Source of the DNA: Mobula hypostoma
Lineage: Eukaryota
Length of the DNA stretch: 64,000 nucleotides
NCBI RefSeq assembly: GCF_963921235.1
Contig: NC_086097.1
Span: 204,664,001 to 204,728,000 of the forward strand
Reading direction: 5' to 3'
Below the pieces are notes generated by a model, which made no database searches, was not told the DNA's origin, and saw only the letters and a program-made list of their open reading frames with translations. Of the stretch, positions 37,369 through 50,479 are shown piece by piece; the stretch's first letter is position 1; the number at the start of each line of letters is the position of its first letter. Made by a program: the position numbers and the translations under genes.

Positions 37369-38960
37369 TTAAGGATACATTGGACACATAGTGTATAACA
37401 GAGAAGCTAAATATAGAGCACATATAGGCTCCACCTGCAACTGGTCTGAGTTGGCAGCAGTATCAGAGTCACAACTCAAGAAGAGCGAGGCCATATTCTT
37501 CAGTAACTGGCCCAACAGGTCCACCACCCATTTCACCATTGAAACTGATGACCTGAATGTGCAGGGGATCAGATTTGGAGGGGGAAAATCCATGTAACAA
37601 AAATTGGCTGGAGTGGCCAAGCAAAGCTGAACAAAGAGCATAGCTCCAGGACAATGTCCAGTGCATCGTCAATATACAGGTCATGGCATTTGGGATCTTG
37701 GACTATAATATTTTTGTAGTCACTGTGTGTGTTTCTGCTATCATAACTGTATGTGCCTTGTGCTGTGTGTGACTCTTGGTACAGTGTTTTGCACCTTGGC
37801 TGAGGAGGAACACTGCTTTGTTTTGGATGGTTGAATGACAATTAAATTTGAACTGGGCCCTCTCAGGAATCCTCCCTCTCAGTGATTTGAACCTAATCAT
37901 TAGATGCAAAGTGTTTTCAGTGCTGCTGTACTTGGCGTCGGTGTGGCCCATTCCCTGCTCCACCTCTCTGGCAGTTACCCAAGCAATGTCATCTTGGGAT
38001 CAAAGATGGAACGTGCGTATTGGGTTGCAGTAATGAGGCAAAAGTGTACCCAACATCACTATCATCCTGATGGCCACCTTTGTGTGTGACAGCATCAAGG
38101 TGTTGTAGGAACTGAAGCATGCTGGAACCAAATGGGTCAGCAGGGAATGAGCCACACCTGCACCAAGTACAGCAGCACTGAAAGCACTTTGCATCTAATG
38201 GTAGGCTTCTAATCACTGAGAGGGAGCACTCCTCCCACAGACCCAGTTCAAATGTCTCTGTGCTGAGGTATACGGGGGGGGGGGGGGCCGGCGGGTAGAG
38301 GTGTCACTTTGTGTCTCTCTCTGGAGTTGTGAAGGATAGGTGTGGCCTTTTTGCCACAAATGATCAATTATCTATTGTTCATGGAAAAGTTGTTTCTGAA
38401 AAACACACTGGATGATGCCCAACAGCCACAATGTATTGCAGACACAGCAGGACAAAGACATAATGAACACTGGGGTGATTCCCCGAGCCAACTGTTCAGG
38501 TTATTGATGGAACTCACCAATAAGCACTAACACCTCACTTGACTTTTGGCAAGAGGGTCCATCCCTGTTAGATCTTCTAGTATGGTTGGAATTTCATTCC
38601 TAATGCACACTGTCCTCTGGATCACTATGATGAGGATGGGACAGTCATTCACCACTTTGACGACTGTGTATTTGCAAAAACGCTCAGAAGAACGATGCAT
38701 GGGGCTGTGTGCAGCTGCATAGCATAAACTGCATACCTGTAGGCTCTCTAGGGGCTGTTACCAGGGATGGATACTGAGGCAGACATCAAGTGCTGCTGGA
38801 AGATTATTAGCTCAGTAAAAGACACCCTTTTGCTCTCCCAGTGCAGGAAGAGGTCTGTAAGCCAGTGCAGCAGACTGTATGCAGGGATATGTACTAAGGG
38901 ATGCCCAGAAATTCAATGCAGCTGACACAAAGGTTTATGGAAAAGAACTGCAATCAAGGA
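37369..38960 (+). mobile_element. Tx1/L1-clade LINE ORF2 relic, with an inserted Rex1-type tail (about 37680-37852) and an internal inverted duplication
   Basis: KSEAIFFSNWPNRS..GIRFGG, NLIIRCKVFSVLLYLASVWPIP and GLLPGMDTEADIKCCWKIISSVKDTL. Confidence 0.8.
37846..38253. repeat. Long imperfect inverted repeat (about 115-bp arms, about 180-bp spacer)
   Basis: 37846-37958 is the reverse complement of 38139-38253 (cattagatgcaaagtg.tttcagtgctgctgtacttgg..ggtgtggc.cattccctgct). Confidence 0.92.
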
Positions 38961-40704
38961 TTCTCCCATAAAAATTCAACACTCCAGAACTCTTTGATGG
39001 GTCAAATGGAGCAAGAAATCGAATACATGGAAGATTAGAACTCACTGATGTCACACTTCAACGAGCTAGTGATTGTCCTGGTAGCACTAGAATCAGTATT
39101 ATTCAGCGCACCCTTCTGCGCGTACAACTACGCACTCAATTACTTCTAAGTATACATTGATTAATTTACACTGAGCAAATTCAATTCATTCAATTGAGAA
39201 AATAATCAAGTATTCAATGTTCATCGAATCATTCACACATTCACTCACTTTCGCAATTATTCACCCGCATTCATTCACAATTCCATGCTATCACATTTTC
39301 TTGCACACATACAGTATTTACATTCTCAGTCACACAACCTATCTGCACAATCATCAGATTTAGTCACTGTCGCATGCTTATTTTTACAATGTTGTTTCAC
39401 GTCACTGATGCAGTCACTCATTTACTGACCATCTTTTATGCTCTTCATTAGTTCTACTCATAAATATTTATTAGTTCACAGACTACCACATTCAGTCAGT
39501 TGATAATGTTTGTGTATTTAATATACATTAGCATCCATATAGATTGCAATCTCTAAACTATTATTTGACTGAGGGCAAAGTTGTTTTATTGCATAAGTTT
39601 GATGAAGAAAAATAAAATTTGTATATTTATGTAATCAAGGCATATGATTCTCCTGAGCCAACCTGTTGGTGGTCTGCTCAGGAGATTATGAAGTCATAGT
39701 CCAAGGGATTGGATGCCTTGACAACAATTTTCTGGTAATTGCATTATTGTGCATAGATATCTGATGGCACCCTTGATGAATTGTTATTCTTAAAACTGCA
39801 GGTAGAAATGTTTTACTGAAGAATTACATAATGGCAGAATTATATGAAGTGGAGTATGTGATACTGTGCATGTTTGACCATCCTTTTGATTCTCTTATTG
39901 TTTCTCTAAATAGCAATGAACATCCGGAGATCAGTACTTCTGGACAGTATTTTGTTTAGGAAATGTACTGAATCAGCACTTATGCTGCAGCTGTAAGAAA
40001 CAAATTTAGTAGATTAAAGGAGTTTGGTATATAAACACAGATGAACCAGGAAGTGGTCATCTGCTATAGAAGACAGCCTTTTTAGGTTGAAGAAACACTT
40101 TTGGGGAATGGCTGGCAAAGAGCAGGCAGCATATTGGGATTTCCTTTCTGCATTAAAGTGTTTTGAATTGCAATGTAAAGTATTTTGCAAGGGTGTGAAA
40201 TTCTGTCAAAATTTAATGTGTGGTCCAAATATATCTAGAATGTTCTTTTATGCTCAGCATGTGAAATTGCTCTTCTTGCAAATTTGTGATCTACAGTTGT
40301 TTTGAAAATGACGAAACAACTTGGTGTTCAATGGAAACAAAACCTTAAGCAGTGAAATCTATAGAAGTTATTGACAAAAATGTGAACAAAAGAAACAAAG
40401 ATATAAACTTTGGACTAAAACATTGTTCCTTTGTTCTGTATTTCTATGAATGCAGGAAAATACAAACATAAAATTGCATGTCAGCCAATTTTTGATCTGA
40501 ACCAATGAACTTTGCATCCCACACTTGCGCTGAATTGGGAACCTTGTGTGAATAATTATGAAATTATTTGAAACATCCTTTTAAGTAAATTTAAGGTGGT
40601 TTACACAGATAAACTTGCACCGAACTATGTGTAGTTTTCATTTCTCTTCTGTCATAAATCTCCCCTGCACCCAGGGGTTTAAAGGAGGTGTTGGCTACAC
40701 AGAT

Positions 40705-41128
40705 AATAGAAACATAGAAAACCTACAGCACAATCCAGGCCCTTCAGCCCACATAGATGTGCCGAACATGTACTTACCTTAGAAACTACCAGCCTTACCT
40801 ATAGCCCTCTATTTTACTAAGCTCCATGTACCTATCTAAAAGACTCTTAAAAGACCCTATCGTATCCACCTCCACCACTGTTGCCGGCAGCCCATTCCAC
40901 GCACTCAGCACTCTGAGTAAAAAACTTACCCCTGACATCTCCTCTGTACCTACTCCGCAGCACCTTAAACCTGTGTCCTCTTGTGGCAACCATTTCGGCC
41001 CTGGGAAAAAGCCTCTGACTATCCACACGATCAATGCCTCTCATCATCTTATACACCTCTATCAGGTCACCTCTCATCCTCCGTCGCTCCAAGGAGAAAA
41101 TGCCAAGTTCACTTAACCTATTCTCATA
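40705..41128 (-). mobile_element. CR1 3' fragment
   Basis: RRMRGDLIEVYKMMRGIDRVD..TRGHRFK with a (tttctatg)-like tail. Confidence 0.93.
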
Positions 41129-41129
41129 A

Positions 41130-42385
41130 TGAAATTATTGGTTGAATATTTTCAAACTCCATCATTCTAGGAACATACCCAAAGACTGGAAAACACAATT
41201 TAACTGCTTTATTTAAAAGTCGAGGAATGCAGAAGGTGAGGATCTACAAACCGATTAGTTTAACATCTTGTTGTTGGCAAGGTGCTAGAGTCAACAATCA
41301 AAGAGGAGTTAACCAATCAATTAGGAAAGATGCTTGTAAATAAATCTAATGATACATCACTATTGATAAGTTTGTGCATTCTTTAATCATGTGACAGAGA
41401 ATTAATACTGGGGAATCTGTGAACGTAGAGTATTTAGATTTCAAAAAGGCATTTGATAAGATGGTACATAAGAGGTTGGTGCATAAATTAAGAGGCCAAG
41501 GTATTGGAAGAAGTGTGTTATCATGGATTGAAAACTGGCTGATATATATAAAATAGAGTTGGGTCCTTTTCAGGCTGAAGGGTGTAACCAATAGAGCACC
41601 CTGGGGATCTGTTCTTGGCTTTTAATCGTTCATCATTTACATTGTGGAAGATAAAACAAAAATGTAAAACAAAGCTTTTCAATGTTATGAATATAGGTGA
41701 ATGGGCATACTGTGATGAGATTTTGATTTGGGAAAAGGATATACCTAGAATGATTAAGTGATTGGGTGAAAACCTGACAAATGTAGTTTAATATGAGGGA
41801 TCAGTGACAATATGCTATTTAGTAAGAGGAATTGAAAGGCAGGTTATTGTGTAAATGGAGAAGAACTGAAAATGAGTGAAGTTCCGAAGGTTCAAGGCAT
41901 TCCAGTGAATTAATTACAAAAAGAGTCTAAGGAAAACAAATGGTTAAGAAGGCAAAAGCTCTTTTGACATGTTTGCAATAGTATGAAAGATTGGAGTTGT
42001 ACAGCCTACTGTTTAGCCACATACAGAATACTGCAACAGTTTTGGTCCTTTTAGATTTCAAAAAATGTGTATAGTACCACTGGAGTTAGTCCAAATGAGA
42101 TCCAGCAGGTTAGTTCCTGGATTAGAAAATTGTCCATTCAGAGAGACTAGACAATTTGGGTCAGTATAACTTGGAGTTTAGGGCAATGAGAGGGTGATCA
42201 TGTTCAAATGTAAAATCCTAAGGGAGATTGACAGGGTAATGTTGATATTTTCAGTAATGAGGAAGTCATAAACAAGGGGGAAATCAGGTAAAACTGTGGT
42301 GCTTAGAAATTCCTATTCTCAGAATGCCATGAATTTCCAGAAATTTTATTGGTGAATTCTTAAAAGATTGAGGAACTAAGGATTA
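41130..42385 (+). mobile_element. Old, heavily decayed CR1 RT
   Basis: PKDWK, YKPISLTS and YLDFKKAFDKMVH remnants. Confidence 0.8.
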
Positions 42386-45229
42386 ATTATGATAAACTAT
42401 TGGCCTTACAACCTACCTTTATTCTGATCTTTGCACCTTGTTATCTACCTGCACTGTAATTTCTCCATAATTCTAACACTCTGTTCTGCATTGTATTGCT
42501 TTTCCCTTTGCACTACCTCAATGTATTTATGTTTTGAAATGATCCATATGGATGATATGAAAAGTAAAGTTTTTCACTATATCTCAGTACACGTGACAAT
42601 AATAAACCAATTGCCAGTTATGGTGAACTAGCACATGGGAGGAATAGGTCAGCTACTTTCACTTGAATGCTGAAGCTGTCTCGTGGGTCCTGGTGGCCTA
42701 CACCATTCCTGTTTTCTTGAATTCTGTTGTATGTTTTCTGTGTATTGGGGGAAGCCACCAGTTTCTCTCTCTTCGGAAGAAAAGGAGCTGGTGCAGGAGG
42801 AAAGAAAGGAGATTGAAGGATAGGCATGGATTGACGGTTGTGAATAACCTGGAAGTCTTTGTGCTCGTCAGACCATTGCAGCGTCCCAGAGACTGACAGC
42901 TTGGGAGATGAGTGGAACAAGTTGGGCTGGAGGGTCGATTTTCATGCTGTACAACTTTGAGTCTATGATACCTATAGATACACCAGGTTGTAGTTTGACA
43001 CAGGGCAGAGGGAATCTTGTGTAAGGGACAAAGAGCTAGAGGTCTGCTAATCTGTTGTGTCCCAGATTACTGAGTTTGGAATGCTGTAATAACAGTGCCA
43101 ATGCAAATGCAGAATGAAGAGGCTCATGTGCTGTCACATCTACCTGGATGCAGGTAGCAGATGGAAAAAGGGCGTGGAGAAACTCACTGAACTCTCACAG
43201 TAGGTTGTGCAGATCATGAGTGTCACTTGTGGTTGTACTTTGCTGAGAAACAGCTGCAACCCAATAAGAGTACCTACTGGTTCAGGTGATAGCCAGCTTC
43301 TGTGGGCGTACAGACAATGCCTTTTTCTTTCTCTATGCAGCATCACAATGATTCACCTGAAGTTCTGCTCTGTGGTTTTATAGCAGCTCTGTATTCAAAA
43401 GATGCAAAAATCTGCCACCATTAGTCAGTCTGATGTCTTCATTGTACTGTGAAATAACACTGGAGGGCAAGACTCAGCTAGAAATATTGACTGTTTACTC
43501 TTTTCCATAGCTGCTGCCTGGCCTGCTGAGTTCCTCCACCATTTAGTGTGTGTCGCTGGAGAACAACTTGTTGCATACCTTTAGTTAAGGGGTCCCCTTG
43601 AATAGTTCCTAGTTCTACAAGTGAGCAGGTGGCAAATCTTCTTGAATGGAGAGCTTCACACAACTAGAAATCTTTACTTGGAAGAAAGTATGCCATCGTT
43701 CCAAACTGTTATTTTACTGTTCCAATAGGTTTCAATACAGTAACATGTCAGTGATTTGGTCTCCTCCGTGGGCAGAAAGATGACATGCATAGGTAGATCA
43801 TTCTCTCTTAAACATGAGAGGTTCACTCCCTGCATCCCCGCTCCTGTGGCAGATAGATACAGATTTCTCTACCAAGAGCAGAATCCTGCTGAACCAGGCT
43901 GAGAGTTGATCCTGCAGGGCATGGTTGTGGGTTGGGGGAGAAGGGTGGTTTGCTGTAGTCAGGATGTGGGAGGAGATGGAAGTGATCATCATCTGTGATG
44001 TAGCCTGTCAGCTGTCTCTGATCTGGATCTGCAGGATAATGCAATGGTTCAGTGGTTTGAATGCCATCAGGTTGTTGCACCATTGTCTGTCCAGTCCCCA
44101 GAGAGAACCCCTAGTTTGCATGTCCAGACTGTTAATGACCATGAGGGAACCGGGTTAATTCCCACCACTGGTAATATATTCCCCATAAATGGCCACTAAT
44201 CAATTGAATTCTCACTGAGTTTCAGCCATTGTGCTGAAACATATTGGCATTGAAATATATGGTGACACCTCCCCCAGCACAACCTTGGTTGTTAATACTA
44301 ATATCACATTGTCACTGTATGTTTCGATGTACATGTGATTGTGTAAATGTGTAAACTCAAATCTTGAGTGAAATTCAGTGGCATAATTTCATGATGTTTC
44401 TCTAGCCTGCTATCATTTTCAAGGCACATCTTTGAAGGATTTACTTTCTTTCACACATTCTTGTACAGACTTTTTTCAGTTGTCTAAAGCTAGTGATATT
44501 TCAATGGCTGGATATCCCAGCATATAAACATCAATAGTGACTGAATTCCCTGTACATTCACACCACTCTAGTTCCCTCAGGCTACTTTTCCTCTCAATTA
44601 CTTTGAAATGAAGGAGCCAATCTCTAAGGCTTGCAGGAGGTAGCTGCAATGTTTATGCACAGCTAACCATGGTTTTTAAACTGGATATCTCATGCAGTTT
44701 TCAGTTAGTTTGCAATTAGCCTCAGATTATATTCACCAATGTTCATTCACGAGTGATATTTTTCTAAATGTGGACATCTTTGATTTCTATGGTATTAGTG
44801 ATGTGTCCTGTAATGAAACAGCATTTATTTATTGCTGCCACACAGAATTCAGCACCGATGAAATAAATGCAAATTTAAAATAATGTAGAATATTTCGTTG
44901 GAATCCGTTTAGGAAAAGGGTCACTAATTTCTATGTTATGCTTAATATCAGACTGAGTAAAACAAAATAAGTAAATGTTGACAAGCACACATCGTGTTGC
45001 ACAAATTGTCCTCAGTTATCACTCACAAGCAAAGCTCTACATTCACCTGATTAATAGGTGGAAGAATATCCACGTTACAAAATATTGTATTCTGAAACTG
45101 AGGATTATTAGAAGCATAGACTATAAAGTCCTGGAAATGAAAAGAAAATACCTAAAAAGTCTGTACTCAGAACAGGTCCAATTAACATTTGTTTCCATTT
45201 CCCTTTCACATTTCATCAGATTTGTTGTT

Positions 45230-45718
45230 TAAGTGGCCAATTTATTAGGTACACCTGTATGCCTGCTCGTTAATACAAATATCTAATCAGCCAATCATGC
45301 AGAAGCATCTCAATACATAAAAGCATGCAGACATGGTCAAGAGGTTCAGACCAACCATCAGTATGGGGAAGAAATGTCACTTTGACCATAAAATGATGGT
45401 GCTCGATGAGCTGGTCTGAGAATCTCAGAAGCTGCTGATCTGGGTTTTTCACACAGAGAATGGTGTGAAAAACTAAAAATACCCAGTGAGTGGCAGTTCT
45501 GTGGGCAAAAGGTGCCTTGTTCAATGAGAGAGGTCAGAGAAGAATGGCCAGATGGTTCAAACTGATAAGAATGCAAAAGTAATTCAAGTAACCATGTATT
45601 ATAACAGTGATATGCAAAAAAGCATCTCCCAATGCACCACACCTCAAACCTTGAAGTGGATGGGCTACAGCAGCAGAAGACCACGAACATACAATCAGTG
45701 GTCACTTCATTAGGTACA
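45230..45718 (+). mobile_element. Tc1-family transposon derivative (left end + N-terminal DNA-binding region)
   Basis: TIR-like agtggccaatttattaggtaca, followed by MGKKC..ISEAADLGFS..REW..ERGQRRMAR..MGYSSRRP. Confidence 0.85.
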
Positions 45719-45849
45719 GAATAACCTCTTTAGTTTTCTGATTCCAACTAAAGCACATAGTCACTGTCACTGCATCTCCTAAATAAAGACTTGTATTTCC
45801 ATGCTACCCCTTCCAGTTCTTATCAATTGCAGGAAACATGGCAACCAAC

Positions 45850-46580
45850 TGGGAGGTCAGATGAAAGGAGAAAATATATAATTAATGCCAGGCCCCTTAA
45901 AAATGTTGAGGTACAGTGGGATGTTGTAGTCCACAGTTCAAGTAGATAAGTGGTAAAAAAAAGCATATGTCATGCTTGTCTTCGTTAGTAGGGGGCTTGA
46001 GTAGAAGAGTAAGGAGGTCGTGCTGCAGTTGTATAAAACTTTATTCAGACTTCACTTGGGGTATTGTATGCAGTTCTGGGTGCCTCATTACAGGAAAGGC
46101 GTGGAGACTGTAGAGAAGATGCATAAGAGACTTGCCAGGATACTGTCTGGATTAAAGGGCTTGAGGAAAGGTTGGGCATATTTACGCTGTTCTCCCTGGA
46201 GTATTAGTGGCTGAAGGGAGAACTGATGGTTTTTTTCAAAAATTCTGGGAGGCATAGGTAAGGAGGAAAGAATCTTTTTCCCACCAGCATACAAATTTCA
46301 AACACTAAGTGTCATTCTTTTAAGGTTAGAGGGGGAAGTTTAAAGGTGATGTGAAAAACAAGCATTTTTTTTCTTTGTGCAGTGAATATTCAGGGCCTGG
46401 AATGGCTTATTGGGGTAGTAGTGGAATCGAGCAGTCTGGTGGAGTTTAAGAGGATTTAGATAGACACATGAATGTGGAGGGATATGGATGATACACAGGA
46501 AGAGATCACTTAGTAAAAATTGGCATCAAGATCAGCACAGCATCATGGGCCAAATGGCCTGAACAGTGCTGTTCTATGTA
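45850..46580 (+). mobile_element. CR1 3' fragment inserted into a DeuSINE-like relic (45785-46830, minus)
   Basis: MLQLYKTLFRLHLGYCMQFW. The flanks carry gagggataaatattg..ccatggggtctttgatgtcc..gtgggaattgaa, typical of the Deu domain. Confidence 0.75.
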
Positions 46581-47294
46581 AAAGCCTTGTTTTTGTGTTC
46601 ATTAGTGGAGGGATAAATATTGACTCAACATACTGGTGGTAATTCCACTGGTCTTTAAAACCGTTCCATGGGGTCTTTGATGTCCTTTTGAGACTGCCAA
46701 GAGGACCTCAATTTAAAACTTAACACAAAAGATGACTACATGCTGGACTGGATAATCAAACTAAACATTTGCACTTAAGTCTTTAAGTGGGAATTGAAAA
46801 TCACTATCTTCTGGCTCTGAGGGAAAAGTATGGGTAATCAATTCCTGGTAAGCATCCAGTTTTAGCTGAGTATCTTAGATTCCCTCTGATCGTTTATTTT
46901 TAAAGGAGAGATGGAATTTGTTAACTAATAATACCTTAATGTATTGTCGCTTTCTAAATTGGAGCATATTTAACAAATAAACCTGTATCATTAACCAAAA
47001 TAATACAGAAAATTTGATGATTAAATATGCCAATTTGAACTTGGTTTAGTCTGCATACAGTATACAAAAAGATAAGGAGCAATGATGGAGGCATAGTGTC
47101 ATAATTGTTTAACAATGATAAGATGTTGAGAAATGTAGATTTTTAAAAAAATGTCATTTAGAACATTTATTTCAATAGTTTGGAACTGAAATTTTATTAA
47201 TGATTGATATGCCTAAATGTAGGTGTCATCATTAATCAACATTATCTTTTTCAAAGCAGTCTACTAGAAAGGTTTCAGTTTCTACCACCGATCA

Positions 47295-47680
47295 CTGATT
47301 AGGGTTCAATTCCCATCACTGTCTGCGAGGAGTTTGTATGTTCTCCCTGCTGGCTGCGCACGTTTCCTCCACATCTTCTGGTTTTGCCCCACATTCCAAA
47401 TGCATATGGGTAGGATTAGTGAGTTGTGGGTGTATCATGGGTAGGATTAGTGAGTTGGCGCATTTCGGGTAGGATTAGTGAGTTGTGGGCGTATTATGGG
47501 TAGGATTAGTGAGTTGTGGGCATATTACGGGTAGGATTAGTGAGCTGTGGGCGTGTTATGCTGGCGGCGGAAATGTGGTGACACTTGTGGGCTGCCCCCA
47601 ACACATCGCAAACAATAACGCAAAAGACACATTTCATTGTATGATTCGCTGTACATGTGACAAATGAAGCTAATGTTTAT
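47295..47680 (+). mobile_element. V-SINE (HE1-like)
   Basis: B box ggttcaattccc, V-domain ggagtttgtatgttctccc..tttcctcc..cccacattccaaa, and a LINE-like tail. Confidence 0.8.
47404..47556. repeat. Minisatellite, 5 x 28-31 bp, inside the V-SINE
   Basis: gggtaggattagtgag at 47408, 47439, 47467, 47498 and 47529. Confidence 0.95.
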
Positions 47681-49076
47681 CCCTATCTCTTCAACATATC
47701 ATCTGTGTTGTACTGGTGATATGGAATGAAATGGTGGCAGATCAGTATTTTATTAATTATTAAATATAGCATATCAGTGCTTACTGAATTGGAGCAATTC
47801 TGCTAAATAACACTATAGACTTGTATTATTAACCAAAAGATGGTAAATGGATGATTAAACCAACTAAGCTGAACTCGTATACAAAAAGATAAGGGACAGT
47901 GGTAGAGGGACAGTGTCATAATTGTTCAATAATATCACAAAGTATATTTTTTAACAAATTGTTAGCTCGCATGTTATTGATTTCATGATACATGTCTTGG
48001 AAAAAGAAAGCAAAAAGGTAGTTGAAGAAATTGATAGCCACCTTTTGAAGATGACAGCTTGGTGCTGATACAGAGAGCTTTCTGAACTGTAATGCCAATA
48101 TTTAAACTGGAGAATGTTAGGTGTTATAACGTAAGTGCTCAGATAGTTCTCCTCCCACTGTATATATCCAACCAACTGAGAATTGGCCTACTTCTGGATA
48201 ATGCTATCATTCTGCTAGTTGATGTAAAAAAAATAAAAGTTTAATATCACATATTTTGAGAAGCTTATTTTCCTTCTCATCAACATTAAGGTTGTCATTG
48301 CTTTTCCACCTTGACTTAATCCTGGCAACAATAATTACCAAGAAGCCTTTTTAGAACTTTCATGTTTATTAATAACAGAATTAAAATTCATGAGTGTAAA
48401 TTCCACAAAAAATGAGTCTAAGGGGAGTATATGGTCACATAAATGTGTTTTAACAATAAATTTACTTTGAAATACTGTTTCCAGAAGTTCATTTAAATTA
48501 AATTCTTTTACGATGATTCAGTGACACAAGATGCGAACTGATTTGCTACCGCCTCTAGAAGGCAAATGTGTGATTCATTAGGGAGAGTTTACAATCCTGT
48601 CACATTACATCTATGAGCAAATGATAGTCAAAAATAACCAGGAAGCTGCAACATGTTTTGGAAACACAAACGTGGCCTGATGCAATTTTCAGGCACGCTG
48701 TATTTGGGTGCCCAATATTATCGTAAGTCATTTTGAATTGTTTTAATGGTAGCAGAATATTAAGTATGAATTGCTAAGTAACAATATTTTTGAGTTGAAG
48801 ACATTAATGCCTGCAATCACACAAAAATAATTGCATGAAGTAACAGCACACTACTCAGGTAACAGTGTGGTAAATCTTGCTTCTTGATATTAGAATTGTA
48901 TGAATATGAACTTAGTATTAATGCAGAAGATGGAAGTATGTTGGGTAAAAAGCTGGTGCTATTTGCTTTTAAAGTATGGATACATAAACCAGGATTTTTA
49001 ACAAGAAGATAATACAAATAATGATGTTCCAGCCATAGGAATGATGTGGTTAATAAGATGATAAAAGTACATCTCA

Positions 49077-49416
49077 CAGGGGTTCCCAGCCAGGGGACCA
49101 TAGACCCCTTGCTTAATGTTGCTGGTACATATGTGTAGGCACGTGGCCAAGTGGTTAAGGCATTGGACTAGTGAGTTCGAGCCTCAGCCAAGGGAACACA
49201 CACATTGCTCTGCGACGACACTGGTGCCAAACTGTATGGCTCCTAATGTCCTTCCCTTGGACAACATCGGTGGCGTAGAGGGGATACTTGCAGCATGGGC
49301 AACTGCTGGTCTTCCATACAACCTGAAGAGTGAAGACTTTCCAGGCGCAGACCCATGGTCTCGCAAGACTAACAGATGCCTTTTACATGGCATATAAAAA
49401 ACATTGGGAACTTCTG
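49077..49416. mobile_element. Short hAT MITE interrupted by a tRNA-derived SINE (about 49132-49384, +)
   Basis: TIRs caggggttccca / tgggaacttctg. The SINE has A box gtggccaagtgg, B box gagttcgagcc and is flanked by tacat. Confidence 0.75.
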
Positions 49417-50189
49417 TATGATGAACTTTGAGTTCCACTGGAAGGAAAATGGCAAAAAATCACAAAATGGAGAGGGTGAAAAATCCAAAAACAGGACATG
49501 TTACGAAGAAATAAATTCTCTTCTATGGCCTTCTGTCTCTTTCACCAATCAACTTCCCAGTTCTTTACTTCATCCCTCCCCTTCCAGGTTTCACTGGGGT
49601 TCCTCTCTCCCCTCCCCTACCTTTTGAATCTACTCATCAGCTTTTTTGCTCCTGTCCTGCTGAAGGGTTTTTGCCCGAAGAGGTACTTTTGTCCATAGAT
49701 GCTGCCTGGCCTGTTGAGTTCCTCTAGCATTTTGTGTATGTTTCTCTGGCAAGAAGTTTTGTAAGATAAGATATGCTTTAAGGACATGTAGATCTTATCT
49801 TATGTTATCACACAGGTATTCTGTGAAACACCAAAGTTGCAATAAAACTGGAAAGGAAATGCACCAACATACAGGTCATGGCAGGGTAGGACGTTGAGTG
49901 GATTCCGTGTGAGGTTCAGTCCTCCACTTCATTCAAACCTCAAAAAAATCGAGCAAGATCAATAATTTGTGTCTATTCTGATTGAGTAAAATTATACTCA
50001 ATGAGTTGTGCAGATTCTTTACAAATAGTGCATTGCAACCATTTAATTGTTCCTTCGGCCTTTCCCTGAGAATGGCTTCACCTCTGCTATCAGTCAATGT
50101 TAATTGTATACCTCTCATTTTACACAAATCCCTTTTCTTGCTTTACCCCACATTCTCTTCAATTCTCCCTGGATTCTAACACTAACCTA

Positions 50190-50380
50190 TTCAATAGCAA
50201 CAATTTACAGTGGCTAACTAAGCAGCAGTCAGCCACCTTTGGGACGTAGGAGGAAATCTGAATATCTGGAGGAATCCCATGTGGTCAGAGGGAGAACATG
50301 CAAACTCTATACAGACAGTACCCAAGTTCACGATTGAAATTGGCTGTATGAGGCTGTGAGGTAGCAGTTCTCCCAGCTCT
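50190..50380 (-). mobile_element. V-SINE (HE1-like) relic
   Basis: gggagaacatgcaaactct.tacagacag is the reverse complement of the V-domain. Confidence 0.75.
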
Positions 50381-50479
50381 ATCAATATATATACTTGCTC
50401 TTTACCACTGTAACCTTAATAAAATTAACAGCTTTCTTTATTCTAAAATATCCTCTTTCTTAACATCAAAATGTTTCAG

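Noticed and set aside
47404..47556. Regularly spaced 16-23 bp repeats resembling a CRISPR array
   Set aside because: The intervening bases are short and homologous to each other, the array sits inside a vertebrate SINE, and there are no cas genes. It is a minisatellite.
48543..48568. Possible CTCF site
   Set aside because: At least two core mismatches, so not distinguishable from chance.
49135..49200. tRNA-like sequence
   Set aside because: It has A/B boxes but no complete cloverleaf and continues into a SINE body and tail.
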